DNA of 64,000 nt from Candidatus Ozemobacteraceae bacterium. GTDB taxonomy: Bacteria; Muiribacteriota; Ozemobacteria; Ozemobacterales; Ozemobacteraceae. The position numbers and the translations under genes are program-made. Within the stretch, counting starts at the first letter, position 1. Every line of letters begins with the position of its first letter. Location of the stretch: assembly GCA_965140445.1 (NCBI GenBank), contig OZ223236.1, positions 608,001 to 672,000 on the forward strand, given 5' to 3'. Below, piece after piece: positions 39,559 to 48,239 of the stretch. The notes below the pieces were generated by a model. The model saw only the letters and a list, made by a program, of their open reading frames with translations. It was not told the origin of the DNA and searched no databases.

Positions 39559-39970
39559 TTTTTACTGCCTCGATTAGTTTGTTGGTCTGCTCTTCAAGCC
39601 CATTAGCAACGCCTTCTGCAACAAGTTTTCTCCACACAAATGCCAAAAATCCCTCTACCCTAATTGTTGATTTAATTTCCACTTTGTTGCCATGGGTAAT
39701 AAGTTCATGTGTGTCATACATTTTAGCTAATGGAAATCTTGTGAGGTCTACAAAGCAGGAACCTGGATGAACTTCGGTCAGTTCCAAATTTATGTTTGGC
39801 CCACCTTTGGGTCTAAATTTGATCACATTACCTTCTTTAAATTCTCCATCGAGTTTAGCATAGTCAATATCGTCCTGCCATTTATGCCAATTGTTTACGT
39901 CGGTCCATACTTTCCATATTTTTTCTGCACTAAGCCCTTCTACTGTAATGCTGTAAGTTTTGCTCCACAT
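39551..39970 (-). CDS. SRPBCC / polyketide cyclase-like protein
   Basis: EKIWKVWTDVNNWHKW...LDGEF; overlaps the MarR start. Confidence 0.85.
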   Translation of the reverse strand: MWSKTYSITVEGLSAEKIWKVWTDVNNWHKWQDDIDYAKLDGEFKEGNVIKFRPKGGPNINLELTEVHPGSCFVDLTRFPLAKMYDTHELITHGNKVEIKSTIRVEGFLAFVWRKLVAEGVANGLEEQTNKLIEAVKNE

Positions 39971-40001
39971 AATTTTCTCCTGTAAAACTTGGTATTTTTA
40001 A

Positions 40002-40030
40002 ATAGTAAACCGGTTTACTAAAAAAGTCAA
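40002..40030 (-). promoter_or_regulatory. sigma70 promoter overlapped by an 18-bp palindrome (candidate MarR operator)
   Basis: Minus strand TTGACT-17-TACTAT; perfect palindrome TAGTAAACCGGTTTACTA at 40003..40020. Confidence 0.72.
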
Positions 40031-40090
40031 GAGTTCGATAGTTTTTATATATTTCACTACTTATTGGCGTCATTTACTTTAACGAAAACA

Positions 40091-40237
40091 TAAAAAAGCC
40101 ACTGTAAACCCGGTGACAAAATCCAGAATACAGCTATGAATACAGGCGTTACAGCTAAAAAGAAAAACGCTGACAAAAAAACTAAACTTCTGTAAAAGAC
40201 CGCTGCACTAAAAAAATAAGCATATGTAAAAAGTCAT
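40091..40237 (+). pseudogene. Decayed 3' half of a fourth Lys-rich gene copy
   Basis: AAAAAAGCCACTGTAAA...GTGACAAAATCCAGAA...GGCGTTACAGCTAAAAAGAAAA...GTAAAAAGTCAT aligns by eye to the intact gene with substitutions and indels. Confidence 0.8.
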
Positions 40238-40375
40238 CGATGCCAAAGGTGTACCCTTTTTGACAACTTTTCAGCATGAAATTGCCAGAAAATCAGCATT
40301 GCTGAAATTTACAAATCTATAGCTATCTTTGCTTAGTTTCAGATTTGATGCGGGTTTGACTCTGTGATTCTTAAG

Positions 40376-40392
40376 TTGGCACGCAAGTTGCT
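40376..40392 (+). promoter_or_regulatory. sigma54 -24/-12 promoter, copy B
   Basis: TTGGCACGCAAGTTGCT. Confidence 0.82.
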
Positions 40393-40453
40393 TTATAAGG
40401 CGCATCACGAAATAAGTAATAAGTTTTAATAAGATAATCGGAGGTTGTTTGTT

Positions 40454-40861
40454 ATGAGTAAAGGTATCATCACTTCATTAGTATTGGCAGTTTCTCTTCT
40501 TCTTACCCCTGTAGCTTTCGCTGGTAATCCAAACCAGAGCGGTCAGTCTTCACAGTCCTCACAGGCAAGTCAGGCTGGGCATGGTAAGAAAAAATGCTTC
40601 TTCAAGAAAATCAAAAAAGCAGTTAAAAAGACTGTTAAGAAAACCGTTAAAAAAGTTAAGAAAACAGCTAAAAAAGTAAAAAAAGCCACTGTAAAAACTT
40701 GTGACAAAATCCAGAACAAAGTAATGGATACTGGCGTTGCAGCTAAAAAGAAAATCACTGGCAAAAAATGCAAAACTTTCGTAAAAGGCCATTACACTAA
40801 AAAAGGCACTCACGTAAAAGGTCATTTCAGAAAAGTATCAAAAGGTTGCTGCAAAAGATAA
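40454..40861 (+). CDS. Exported Lys-rich cationic protein, copy B
   Basis: Differs from copy A by two residues (CFFKKI vs CFLKKV); ATG after GGAGG. Confidence 0.88.
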   Translation: MSKGIITSLVLAVSLLLTPVAFAGNPNQSGQSSQSSQASQAGHGKKKCFFKKIKKAVKKTVKKTVKKVKKTAKKVKKATVKTCDKIQNKVMDTGVAAKKKITGKKCKTFVKGHYTKKGTHVKGHFRKVSKGCCKR

Positions 40862-41081
40862 TTTCACGCTAGCACCAAAAACAAAAATTTAATCATACCT
40901 TAAAAAAACAAACACCTTCGGGATTCGGTTAACACTTGAATCCCGGAGGTGTTTGCTTTTAGCTGGAAAGCCTGGTTTGGAATTGATTGGGAAAATGTCT
41001 TATTATAGTTTTGCAAATTTTTTGCAGTTAAACGCTAATACCAGGATTATTTATCCAAAAAAACAGATAAAGAGAGAACAG

Positions 41082-41744
41082 ATGAATACAATTCGCAAGA
41101 TTTCTGAGTTATTAAAGAATCAAGGAAAGAACTTTCCTATGATTGTTGCAATTGATGGAGTTGACGCTTCAGGAAAAACAACCTTTGCTAACCTTCTTCA
41201 TGAAGATCTTCTTAAGAGCGGCTGTAATTCTGTTCGAATTTCAATAGACAAGTTTCATAACCCAAAATCGAAAAGGATGGAAAGAGGGGCTTTGTCTCCA
41301 GAAGGCTTTTTCCATGACAGTTTTGACTTAGAAAGCTTAAAACAATTGGTAATTCAACCTGTTAAAGCTAAAAGTGGGAATATTGTTCCAGAAATTTTTG
41401 ATTATAGAGTAGAAGAAAAGGTTCAAGCAAAAGAGATTCCAGTCCAGGATGATATGATTGTTTTATTGGATGGAATTTTTCTAAATAGGGATGAACTTTT
41501 TGAATATTGGGATGTTTCAATTTTTCTGGACGTTTCTTTTGAAACAGTTGTTACGAGAGCTTTAGTTAGAGACCTGAATGCATTTGGCTCCGAAGAAGAA
41601 GTTTTGAAAAGATATAATCAGAGATATATTCCTGGAGAAAAACTATATTTATCACAATGCCAACCGCAAAAACGTGCTGATATAGTTATTGATAACAATG
41701 ACTGGAGCTTTCGGAAAATTTTAAAATTTCCACAAGAAATCTGA
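41082..41744 (+). CDS. Uridine kinase-like P-loop kinase
   Basis: VAIDGVDASGKTT, SIDKFH, LDGIFL, RYIPGEKLY. Confidence 0.85.
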   Translation: MNTIRKISELLKNQGKNFPMIVAIDGVDASGKTTFANLLHEDLLKSGCNSVRISIDKFHNPKSKRMERGALSPEGFFHDSFDLESLKQLVIQPVKAKSGNIVPEIFDYRVEEKVQAKEIPVQDDMIVLLDGIFLNRDELFEYWDVSIFLDVSFETVVTRALVRDLNAFGSEEEVLKRYNQRYIPGEKLYLSQCQPQKRADIVIDNNDWSFRKILKFPQEI

Positions 41745-41843
41745 AAAATTATCTAGGCTCAAAAATGCAAAATTGATAAAAGAATCAATGATTGATATTG
41801 ATTAGCTAATAATCTGTTTGAAACCTTTTTGCGGAGAACTTTG

Positions 41844-42248
41844 CTATTGGTTCACAATTTCAATTCTGTGTCCGTCAAGATCCCAGAAGAAAGCAGCGTA
41901 ATAGGTTGGACTATATTCTGGCCACTGTTTGGGAGCAAATTGGCTTTTCCCACCAAGTGAAATAGCTGCTTTATATGATTGATCAACTGAAGCTTGACTG
42001 GGGCCATTGAAGGCAAGATGAAAGCCAGGGCCAGCTGCAAGTTTATCGTTGGTTTCTGATTCTAAAAAAATGGAAAATTGGTCATTGGAGCCTTCGAAGC
42101 CATAACCGATACCCAGCTTTGATGACCAGATCCGAACGTAGTTAAGAGGCTTAAACACAGCATCGTAAAAACTTCCAGCAGTCTCAAGGTTTTTAACGCC
42201 CAGTGAAATATGGCTAACCATTCTCTGATTCAAAACCTTCTTGTTCAT
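41844..42248 (-). CDS. VOC / glyoxalase family protein
   Basis: SHISLGV, FYDAVF, HLAF, YYAAFFWDLDGHRIE; ATG after GGAG. Confidence 0.9.
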   Translation of the reverse strand: MNKKVLNQRMVSHISLGVKNLETAGSFYDAVFKPLNYVRIWSSKLGIGYGFEGSNDQFSIFLESETNDKLAAGPGFHLAFNGPSQASVDQSYKAAISLGGKSQFAPKQWPEYSPTYYAAFFWDLDGHRIEIVNQ

Positions 42249-42503
42249 TTTTATTCTCCGCTCAGATTTCTTGTATTCAAATATATGTCGAAAAATCATC
42301 TTTGTAAAAGTTTGAAGCTTTTTGTGTGGAATCTCAAGGTAATTGATTACTTGCTATGAATCTGGAAGATGATTAAGTGTACCCTTTTTGACAACTTTTT
42401 AGCATGAAATTGCCAGAAATTCAGCATTGCTGAATTTTATATTTCTATGACGACCTTTACTTAACTTTAGAATTGATGAGGGTTTGACGTTATAAATTTT
42501 AAG

Positions 42504-42520
42504 TTGGCATGCAAGTTGCT
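42504..42520 (+). promoter_or_regulatory. sigma54 -24/-12 promoter, copy C
   Basis: TTGGCATGCAAGTTGCT. Confidence 0.8.
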
Positions 42521-42581
42521 TTATATGGCGCATCACGAAATAAGTAATAAGTTTTAATAAGATAATCGGAGGTCGTTTGTT

Positions 42582-42989
42582 ATGAGTAAAGGTATCATCA
42601 CTTCATTAGTATTGGCAGTTTCTCTTCTTCTTACCCCTGTAGCTTTCGCTGGTAATCCAAACCAGAGTGGTCAGTCTTCACAGTCCTCACAGGCAAGTCA
42701 GGCTGGACATGGTAAGAAAAAATGCTTCTTCAAGAAAATCAAAAAAGCAGTTAAAAAGACTGTTAAGAAAACCGTTAAAAAAGTTAAGAAAACAGCTAAA
42801 AAAGTAAAAAAAGCCACTGTAAAAACTTGTGACAAAATCCAGAACAAAGTAATGGATACTGGCGTTGCAGCTAAAAAGAAAATCACTGGCAAAAAATGCA
42901 AAACTTTCGTAAAAGGCCATTACACTAAAAAAGGCACTCACGTAAAAGGTCATTTCAGAAAAGTATCAAAAGGTTGCTGCAAAAGATAA
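42582..42989 (+). CDS. Exported Lys-rich cationic protein, copy C
   Basis: Protein identical to copy B. Confidence 0.88.
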   Translation: MSKGIITSLVLAVSLLLTPVAFAGNPNQSGQSSQSSQASQAGHGKKKCFFKKIKKAVKKTVKKTVKKVKKTAKKVKKATVKTCDKIQNKVMDTGVAAKKKITGKKCKTFVKGHYTKKGTHVKGHFRKVSKGCCKR

Positions 42990-43324
42990 TTTCACGCTAG
43001 CACCAAAAACAAAAATTTAATCATACCTTAAAAAAACAAACACCCCCTGTGGGTTCGGGTAATACCTGAATCCGGGGGGTGTCTGCTTTTAGCTCGCCGC
43101 TTTTAATTGTTTTTAGCAGATTAAAGCTTTTTTGCGACTAATTGGGTTTTTCATTTTGAGACTTTAGAAGTATTAGTAAGCTTACAGATATGCATCCATT
43201 TGAGTTCTATCTTTGCAAAGGCTTTCTATCAGGGACTTAATGGATAAATTGAGTTTCAACTTGAATGAAAAAAGCTAGCACGTCATAGTACTGGCTTTAA
43301 GCATGCTTAATGGATTATTGAGGA

Positions 43325-44470
43325 CTATTTAACTCTGTATTGAGTTAATGCAAAGTTAAAGTATATAACAGCTGCACCCACCACAACATAAACCAGACCT
43401 TCGCTGCCGTGGAAGTCCATAGCAAAGCCAATCAAAAGAATTCCAAGAGAACCACCTATGGCGTCCATAAGAGTATATGCAATGTTGGCTGATATCTGAT
43501 CCTCTTTTCGGAAGATTTCTCCAATGAGCGTTAACCCCCCGGAGCTGACGCCTTCCATTACCCCGCCCCATATAAAGAGAAGTATATATGCTGAAGTGAC
43601 GTCGACAATAGCCATTGGTAGGAAAATTGAGCACAAAAGCCCAATAAAAAAGCTATAAAGAATAACCAGATTTCTTGGATACCGGTCAGAAAAGTAACCA
43701 ATTACCAGGCCCAGGATTAGTCCGCCCATCATAAACATTGTGATTAAAAGAGAAGACTGCTGAACAGTTAAACCACTGTCCTTGCCGTATAGAGTTAAAA
43801 ATGAAGGAAGACCCCAAAATGAGATTCCACCGACAAGGGCACTGAACATAACATATTTACCCTTTTTTAACACAAACCATATTCTTGGTTTTCCGCCTGA
43901 GTCAAAATGGGGGATTGTTTTCTTTACGAAAAACAGGGGAATCAATGATACCAAGGCAATTATCGAACTGGCGGTGAAGGCCACGGAGCGAACTTCCCCA
44001 ATATATTGGAAAATAATCGGGCCAAATGCTACACCAATTGATAGTGAAGCACTGTAAATGCCTATAACAAAGCCCTTCATACCAGGAATCTTTGTAAAGT
44101 TTATCCAGGTTTGCAAGGCGATGGCCATAATGTTGGAGAATAGGCCGAATACAAATAGCAGGACCAGCCATGCCCATTGATTGTCTGTGTGGATAAGGGC
44201 TATTAATACGGCTGCACGGCCAACGGTACCTATTATACTTGCCCAGAAGATGCCAATGGCGTTTATAAAGCGAATCATGAACGGGCTGAAACAAACCACT
44301 GAAAAAATTTCAGCAGATAGGATAAATCCAATTAAGCTTTTGCTCAAACCAAAACTCTCAAGGGTAACTGGAAACAATACAGAGTTAAACCCGGAGCAGA
44401 TTTCAGCTATAGCCGCTGCCGCTATAACAATGAATATTCTATATGGAACTTTGTCTTTTTGTTCAGACAT
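43325..44470 (-). CDS. MFS transporter
   Basis: ~12 TM; GYFSDRYPR motif A; ATG at 44470, one base after the upstream stop. Confidence 0.87.
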   Translation of the reverse strand: MSEQKDKVPYRIFIVIAAAAIAEICSGFNSVLFPVTLESFGLSKSLIGFILSAEIFSVVCFSPFMIRFINAIGIFWASIIGTVGRAAVLIALIHTDNQWAWLVLLFVFGLFSNIMAIALQTWINFTKIPGMKGFVIGIYSASLSIGVAFGPIIFQYIGEVRSVAFTASSIIALVSLIPLFFVKKTIPHFDSGGKPRIWFVLKKGKYVMFSALVGGISFWGLPSFLTLYGKDSGLTVQQSSLLITMFMMGGLILGLVIGYFSDRYPRNLVILYSFFIGLLCSIFLPMAIVDVTSAYILLFIWGGVMEGVSSGGLTLIGEIFRKEDQISANIAYTLMDAIGGSLGILLIGFAMDFHGSEGLVYVVVGAAVIYFNFALTQYRVK

Positions 44471-44471
44471 T

Positions 44472-45992
44472 TTATTGGTTTTCTTTATCTTCTGAATCTT
44501 CTTCAGAATCTTCTTCTTCAAGGTATTTGGGAAGAACCGCGTCGAAATTTACAACGAAACTTTGATTTTCTAAAGATACTCTGAATTCGCCTGTCAAAAG
44601 GTAAATTAACTCTCTTGAAATTGGAAGTTTCATGGCTTGAAGGAATTCTTTTACGTCAAACTTATCTGGTGAAAGTAAGTCTGTAGAAACATTTTCAAGA
44701 GACTTCAAGAACTCAGTGTCTTTTTCAGTGTAAGGAATTGAAAAGGTATTTGAGATTTGAAGTTCTTCAATACTTTCACTGGTGAGAGTTATTTTAAGAT
44801 TTGGTGGATCATTGAAGTATTTTAAATAAAAGGCTGAAAGTAGATACAGTATGTGAGAGTATTTTTTAGAGTCCCCAAAAGCTTTTTTCGGAATTTCCGG
44901 ATCAAAGTATAGATCTATTTTTTCGAATTCAAGCCCATCGCTTTCTAACATCCCTTTTGTTTCTTTGATCATCTCAGAAAACTCAAAGTTTTCTGGCTTT
45001 ATGGATACCTCACCTGATTTAAGTTCGCCGACCTGCAATAACCTTGTAGAGTATTTTTCAAGGATTGCCAATTGCTCTTCCAGTAATTCATTTTGTTTTT
45101 CTGGAGTATCTTGCTTAGTCGCATCATGAATGGATTCATTAATTTTTAAATTAATTTTTCCAGCCTTAATCATGAAATTACCGATTAACTTTGAACTTTT
45201 TATAGCAAACTCTGAAGACTCCTCAAATTTTCTAAAAATCTCAAAACGGCTTTTATTAAGTTGAACTGCAAATCGTCTCGTGAACCAGATCAGGGTTCCC
45301 ATTAACAGGGCCAGCATTGTAGCAACAAAGAAAGCTCTTTTGGTTGCATCTCGCATTGGCTCGAGGCGGGCCATCATCTCATCAATTCTCAAATCAGCGC
45401 CCAAAGCTCCGACACATTTTCCAGACGAATCGAATAAAGGAACATAGGCACTGTAAAAAGTTCCCCACTTATCTGTGTAGTAATCCTGAGCAACTACTGC
45501 AACCTTTTCTTTTAGAGCTTTAACCAGCTCCGGGCTTGCGCCGGGATATTCCTTCATCGGAATTGAGGGCTCAAGATTCATTTCGTCTGTATATAAAGGG
45601 GTGCCACTGGCGTCTATTGGTGTTGGATCTACTATAAAATAAATTTTGTCGCCAACCATTCTATTCACATAAAGGTAGGTACAATGTTTAGTTGCAAGTC
45701 TTGCCTTTTGTAGCTTTTTAACCATTGCCAGATAATTTTCGTCATTTGCTTGCTCTGGCGAGGTAAAACTCCCTATCTGATCTGCGTCAATGCAAGACGC
45801 AATGCCAGAAACAGTCCTTAGCAATCCATCTTTTATTTCATATTGGATTCCCTTTAAGGCATGAAAATAAATAAAATATGCTGTAATTGTGGTTAAAAAT
45901 AACGCTACCGAGGCTAATACAAGCCCTTCTGCAACCGGGTAAATCAGGTAACTCTCAACGTTTTCTATTTGTTTTTTGTTTATTGAATACAT
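44472..45992 (-). CDS. Membrane sensor with Cache-like domain and degenerate histidine-kinase-like tail
   Basis: TM, periplasmic YTDKWGTFYSAYVPLFDSSG...ALGAD, TM; tail has FGDSKKYSHIL and ISRELIYLLTGEFRV but no H, N or G boxes. Confidence 0.65.
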   Translation of the reverse strand: MYSINKKQIENVESYLIYPVAEGLVLASVALFLTTITAYFIYFHALKGIQYEIKDGLLRTVSGIASCIDADQIGSFTSPEQANDENYLAMVKKLQKARLATKHCTYLYVNRMVGDKIYFIVDPTPIDASGTPLYTDEMNLEPSIPMKEYPGASPELVKALKEKVAVVAQDYYTDKWGTFYSAYVPLFDSSGKCVGALGADLRIDEMMARLEPMRDATKRAFFVATMLALLMGTLIWFTRRFAVQLNKSRFEIFRKFEESSEFAIKSSKLIGNFMIKAGKINLKINESIHDATKQDTPEKQNELLEEQLAILEKYSTRLLQVGELKSGEVSIKPENFEFSEMIKETKGMLESDGLEFEKIDLYFDPEIPKKAFGDSKKYSHILYLLSAFYLKYFNDPPNLKITLTSESIEELQISNTFSIPYTEKDTEFLKSLENVSTDLLSPDKFDVKEFLQAMKLPISRELIYLLTGEFRVSLENQSFVVNFDAVLPKYLEEEDSEEDSEDKENQ

Positions 45993-46204
45993 AAAGACCT
46001 TTGCTGATTAGCTTAAATCCTTTCTAATGGCTAACTATAACAAAGGGAACTCAAGCAAACCTAATGAGAAGTGTTTGCACAAAACAGTTTTCAACTATTT
46101 TGTTGAGCTTATGAAAATTTTAGATTCTCTCGCGTCCCTCTACCGAAATTATTATACCTCATCTTTTTTCAATCTGCTCTGTTTTTGATTTTAAAAACTA
46201 TTAA

Positions 46205-47443
46205 TTACCGCGCTACTGATTTTTCACTATTGGTTAATATTCCAAGCAGTTTTACATAGATTAAATACAGCAAAAATGTGGATTGAAAAAGAAAGCCAAA
46301 GTAAACGTATGGATTTTTGTTTCCAAAGACTAAAAGCATGGCTATATTCTGGGAAATCAGCGAATAAAAAAGCACTATATTTATCGCAGTCCAGGATTTG
46401 GCCGAAAACTCCTGCTTATGCTTGATTAGTTCAGCAATCAAAACCACTGCACAGAAAGGCAAAAAGCAGAAATAATGAGGCCAGGATGTATTTATGAGGA
46501 AGGGTAAAACCGTAAATATTGCGCTAAATCTAAGAATGTCAGTCTTTTGAGTATCTGAACCTGCTTGCATCAACTGCTTGAGAAGATAAAGAACGAATAG
46601 CATTCCAAAAATGCTTAGCAACCCCCTGTTTGCTCCCGAATGCTCCATTCCAAGTGTTCTCATAATTAAATGCGGAAAATATTGGGAGTTTGGATCGCTA
46701 ACAACCCAGTCAAGAGCATATTCCATCTCTTTTGCCGTCTCAGAATAAAAATTTATAGTGTTGTCGTAACCAATGTAGTAGGCAGGAACTGCCAGGCTTA
46801 AAAACAGAGCTATCAGAACAAATCTTCCAATATATGAAAAGTCTTTTTTCAATAGAAAGAAAAGCAAAAAGAAGCCTGGATAAAATTTTATACTTGTTGC
46901 TATCGCTAAACTAGCTGCAGAAAACCATTTATGGCCGCGTATATATAAAAACAAGCTAATAAGCGTCAAAAATGTAAGTAAAATGCTGACCTGACCCCAT
47001 TTTAGATTGTGGAAAACAGCATAGGAGGTCATAGAAGAAAACAAGTAAAAGAAGTAAAGCTTCTTATTTTTGTATTCAGTTGCAAGGAAAATTCCCGGAA
47101 TAAAGAAAAGCATTAATGCAAAAAAGCTTTGAAATGCACCCCAGAGGATTTTTCCCTCTTCCATGCTGTATTGCCCGAATAGATGCAGGAATATCGCAAA
47201 ACCAGGGCTATAGAAATACCCGCCAAGCGGTTTTTTTACTTGAAATATTAGTTTGCCGACCGGGTAATAATGCTCGTGAAAGTCTCCAAATTCAGGAGTT
47301 GGATGATCTGTAAAAGCAATCAGGGATTTTATCCCACCATGGTGAAGCATTGATAGGCCTATCAAGCCTAAAACAAGCAGAATTGTTAGCCCGAGATCTT
47401 TAATCCCCCAGCGAATTTTTGTGAAATTTTCCGAGTCTGACAT
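46205..47443 (-). CDS. GT87 / DUF2029 family polytopic glycosyltransferase
   Basis: GDF..YY, YFYSPGFA, NLKWGQV, SIKFYP, SWPHY. Confidence 0.82.
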   Translation of the reverse strand: MSDSENFTKIRWGIKDLGLTILLVLGLIGLSMLHHGGIKSLIAFTDHPTPEFGDFHEHYYPVGKLIFQVKKPLGGYFYSPGFAIFLHLFGQYSMEEGKILWGAFQSFFALMLFFIPGIFLATEYKNKKLYFFYLFSSMTSYAVFHNLKWGQVSILLTFLTLISLFLYIRGHKWFSAASLAIATSIKFYPGFFLLFFLLKKDFSYIGRFVLIALFLSLAVPAYYIGYDNTINFYSETAKEMEYALDWVVSDPNSQYFPHLIMRTLGMEHSGANRGLLSIFGMLFVLYLLKQLMQAGSDTQKTDILRFSAIFTVLPFLINTSWPHYFCFLPFCAVVLIAELIKHKQEFSAKSWTAINIVLFYSLISQNIAMLLVFGNKNPYVYFGFLFQSTFLLYLIYVKLLGILTNSEKSVAR

Positions 47444-47465
47444 CAAAATTTCCTTTTAAAAATAA

Positions 47466-47501
47466 AGTGGCCTGAATGAGATTATCATCATTCAGACCAC
47501 T
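47466..47501 (-). terminator. Hairpin, probable terminator
   Basis: AGTGGCCTGAATGA/TCATTCAGACCACT with an A-rich run on its left side. Confidence 0.55.
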
Positions 47502-47528
47502 AAACTAAGTCAACATTCAAATGCTTGA

Positions 47529-47972
47529 TTATTTAATTGCCTCAAGATTCATTTTATCCAGAAAGCCTATTATCATATCCTTAGTCACCTCGTTGTCAGA
47601 CATCATTGAATAACTAAATACTAAAACCAGGCTTCTTGAGGGTGATAGCAAAACCATTATTGCTCCAGAAATTTCATCCATGGGCTGGAAATAAAAAGCT
47701 TTTTTGCCCTTGTATTCAAAGGCAACTGCATCTGGATAACCAGGTTCTTTATCGCCTGAAACCGTAAACTGAAAGCCTTCCTGATTTTCATTAAAATATG
47801 CCAGAAACAGTGAGCCATCTTCGGCACTTTTGTTTGTGTTAGGGTATTTACCGGCAACAACCTTGTTGGCCTCTGTTTCCAACAGATCAATTGGAGCTGC
47901 TGAAACCATTGTCAGAGTACAAAATGAAAAAACAACCAATGTTGTAAGTAAAATGAGTTTATTTAGTTGCAT
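47529..47972 (-). CDS. Exported hypothetical protein
   Basis: GGAGG RBS; signal peptide ending VSA. Confidence 0.7.
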   Translation of the reverse strand: MQLNKLILLTTLVVFSFCTLTMVSAAPIDLLETEANKVVAGKYPNTNKSAEDGSLFLAYFNENQEGFQFTVSGDKEPGYPDAVAFEYKGKKAFYFQPMDEISGAIMVLLSPSRSLVLVFSYSMMSDNEVTKDMIIGFLDKMNLEAIK

Positions 47973-48119
47973 AAATCCTCCAGAAATTTTGTTTCGAAAT
48001 CATAGGGGGGCAAATTATTTTTGTCAATTCCAGAAAAAAATTTTTCTAAACGGGTTTTGCCCAGTATCTTTTGTGGGAATATTTATGCTTTAATCCGTGG
48101 CTCGAAGTAAGTTTTCAGT

Positions 48120-48136
48120 TAGGCATGCATGTTGCT
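48120..48136 (+). promoter_or_regulatory. sigma54 -24/-12 promoter candidate for the NfeD-like/flotillin operon
   Basis: TAGGCATGCATGTTGCT (GG-N10-GC). Confidence 0.6.
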
Positions 48137-48239
48137 TATATATTGTGAAATGAAAATACATTTGAAATCTGTTATACATTCTCAATAACCTGATGTAAAA
48201 TAAGTTTTGAGTTTGAGCAGGACAGAGGAGGAAAGAAAG

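Larger units (their letters stand above)
40249..40963 (+). repeat. ~715-bp dispersed direct repeat, copy B
   Basis: Offset 5513 from copy A at start, ATG and end. Confidence 0.95.
42377..43093 (+). repeat. ~717-bp dispersed direct repeat, copy C
   Basis: Offset 7641 from copy A; terminator sequence diverged but still base-paired. Confidence 0.95.

Noticed and set aside
34736..43093. IS element or integron
   Set aside because: No transposase or integrase, terminal inverted repeats, target duplications or attC-like RYYYAAC...GTTRRRY sites recognised.
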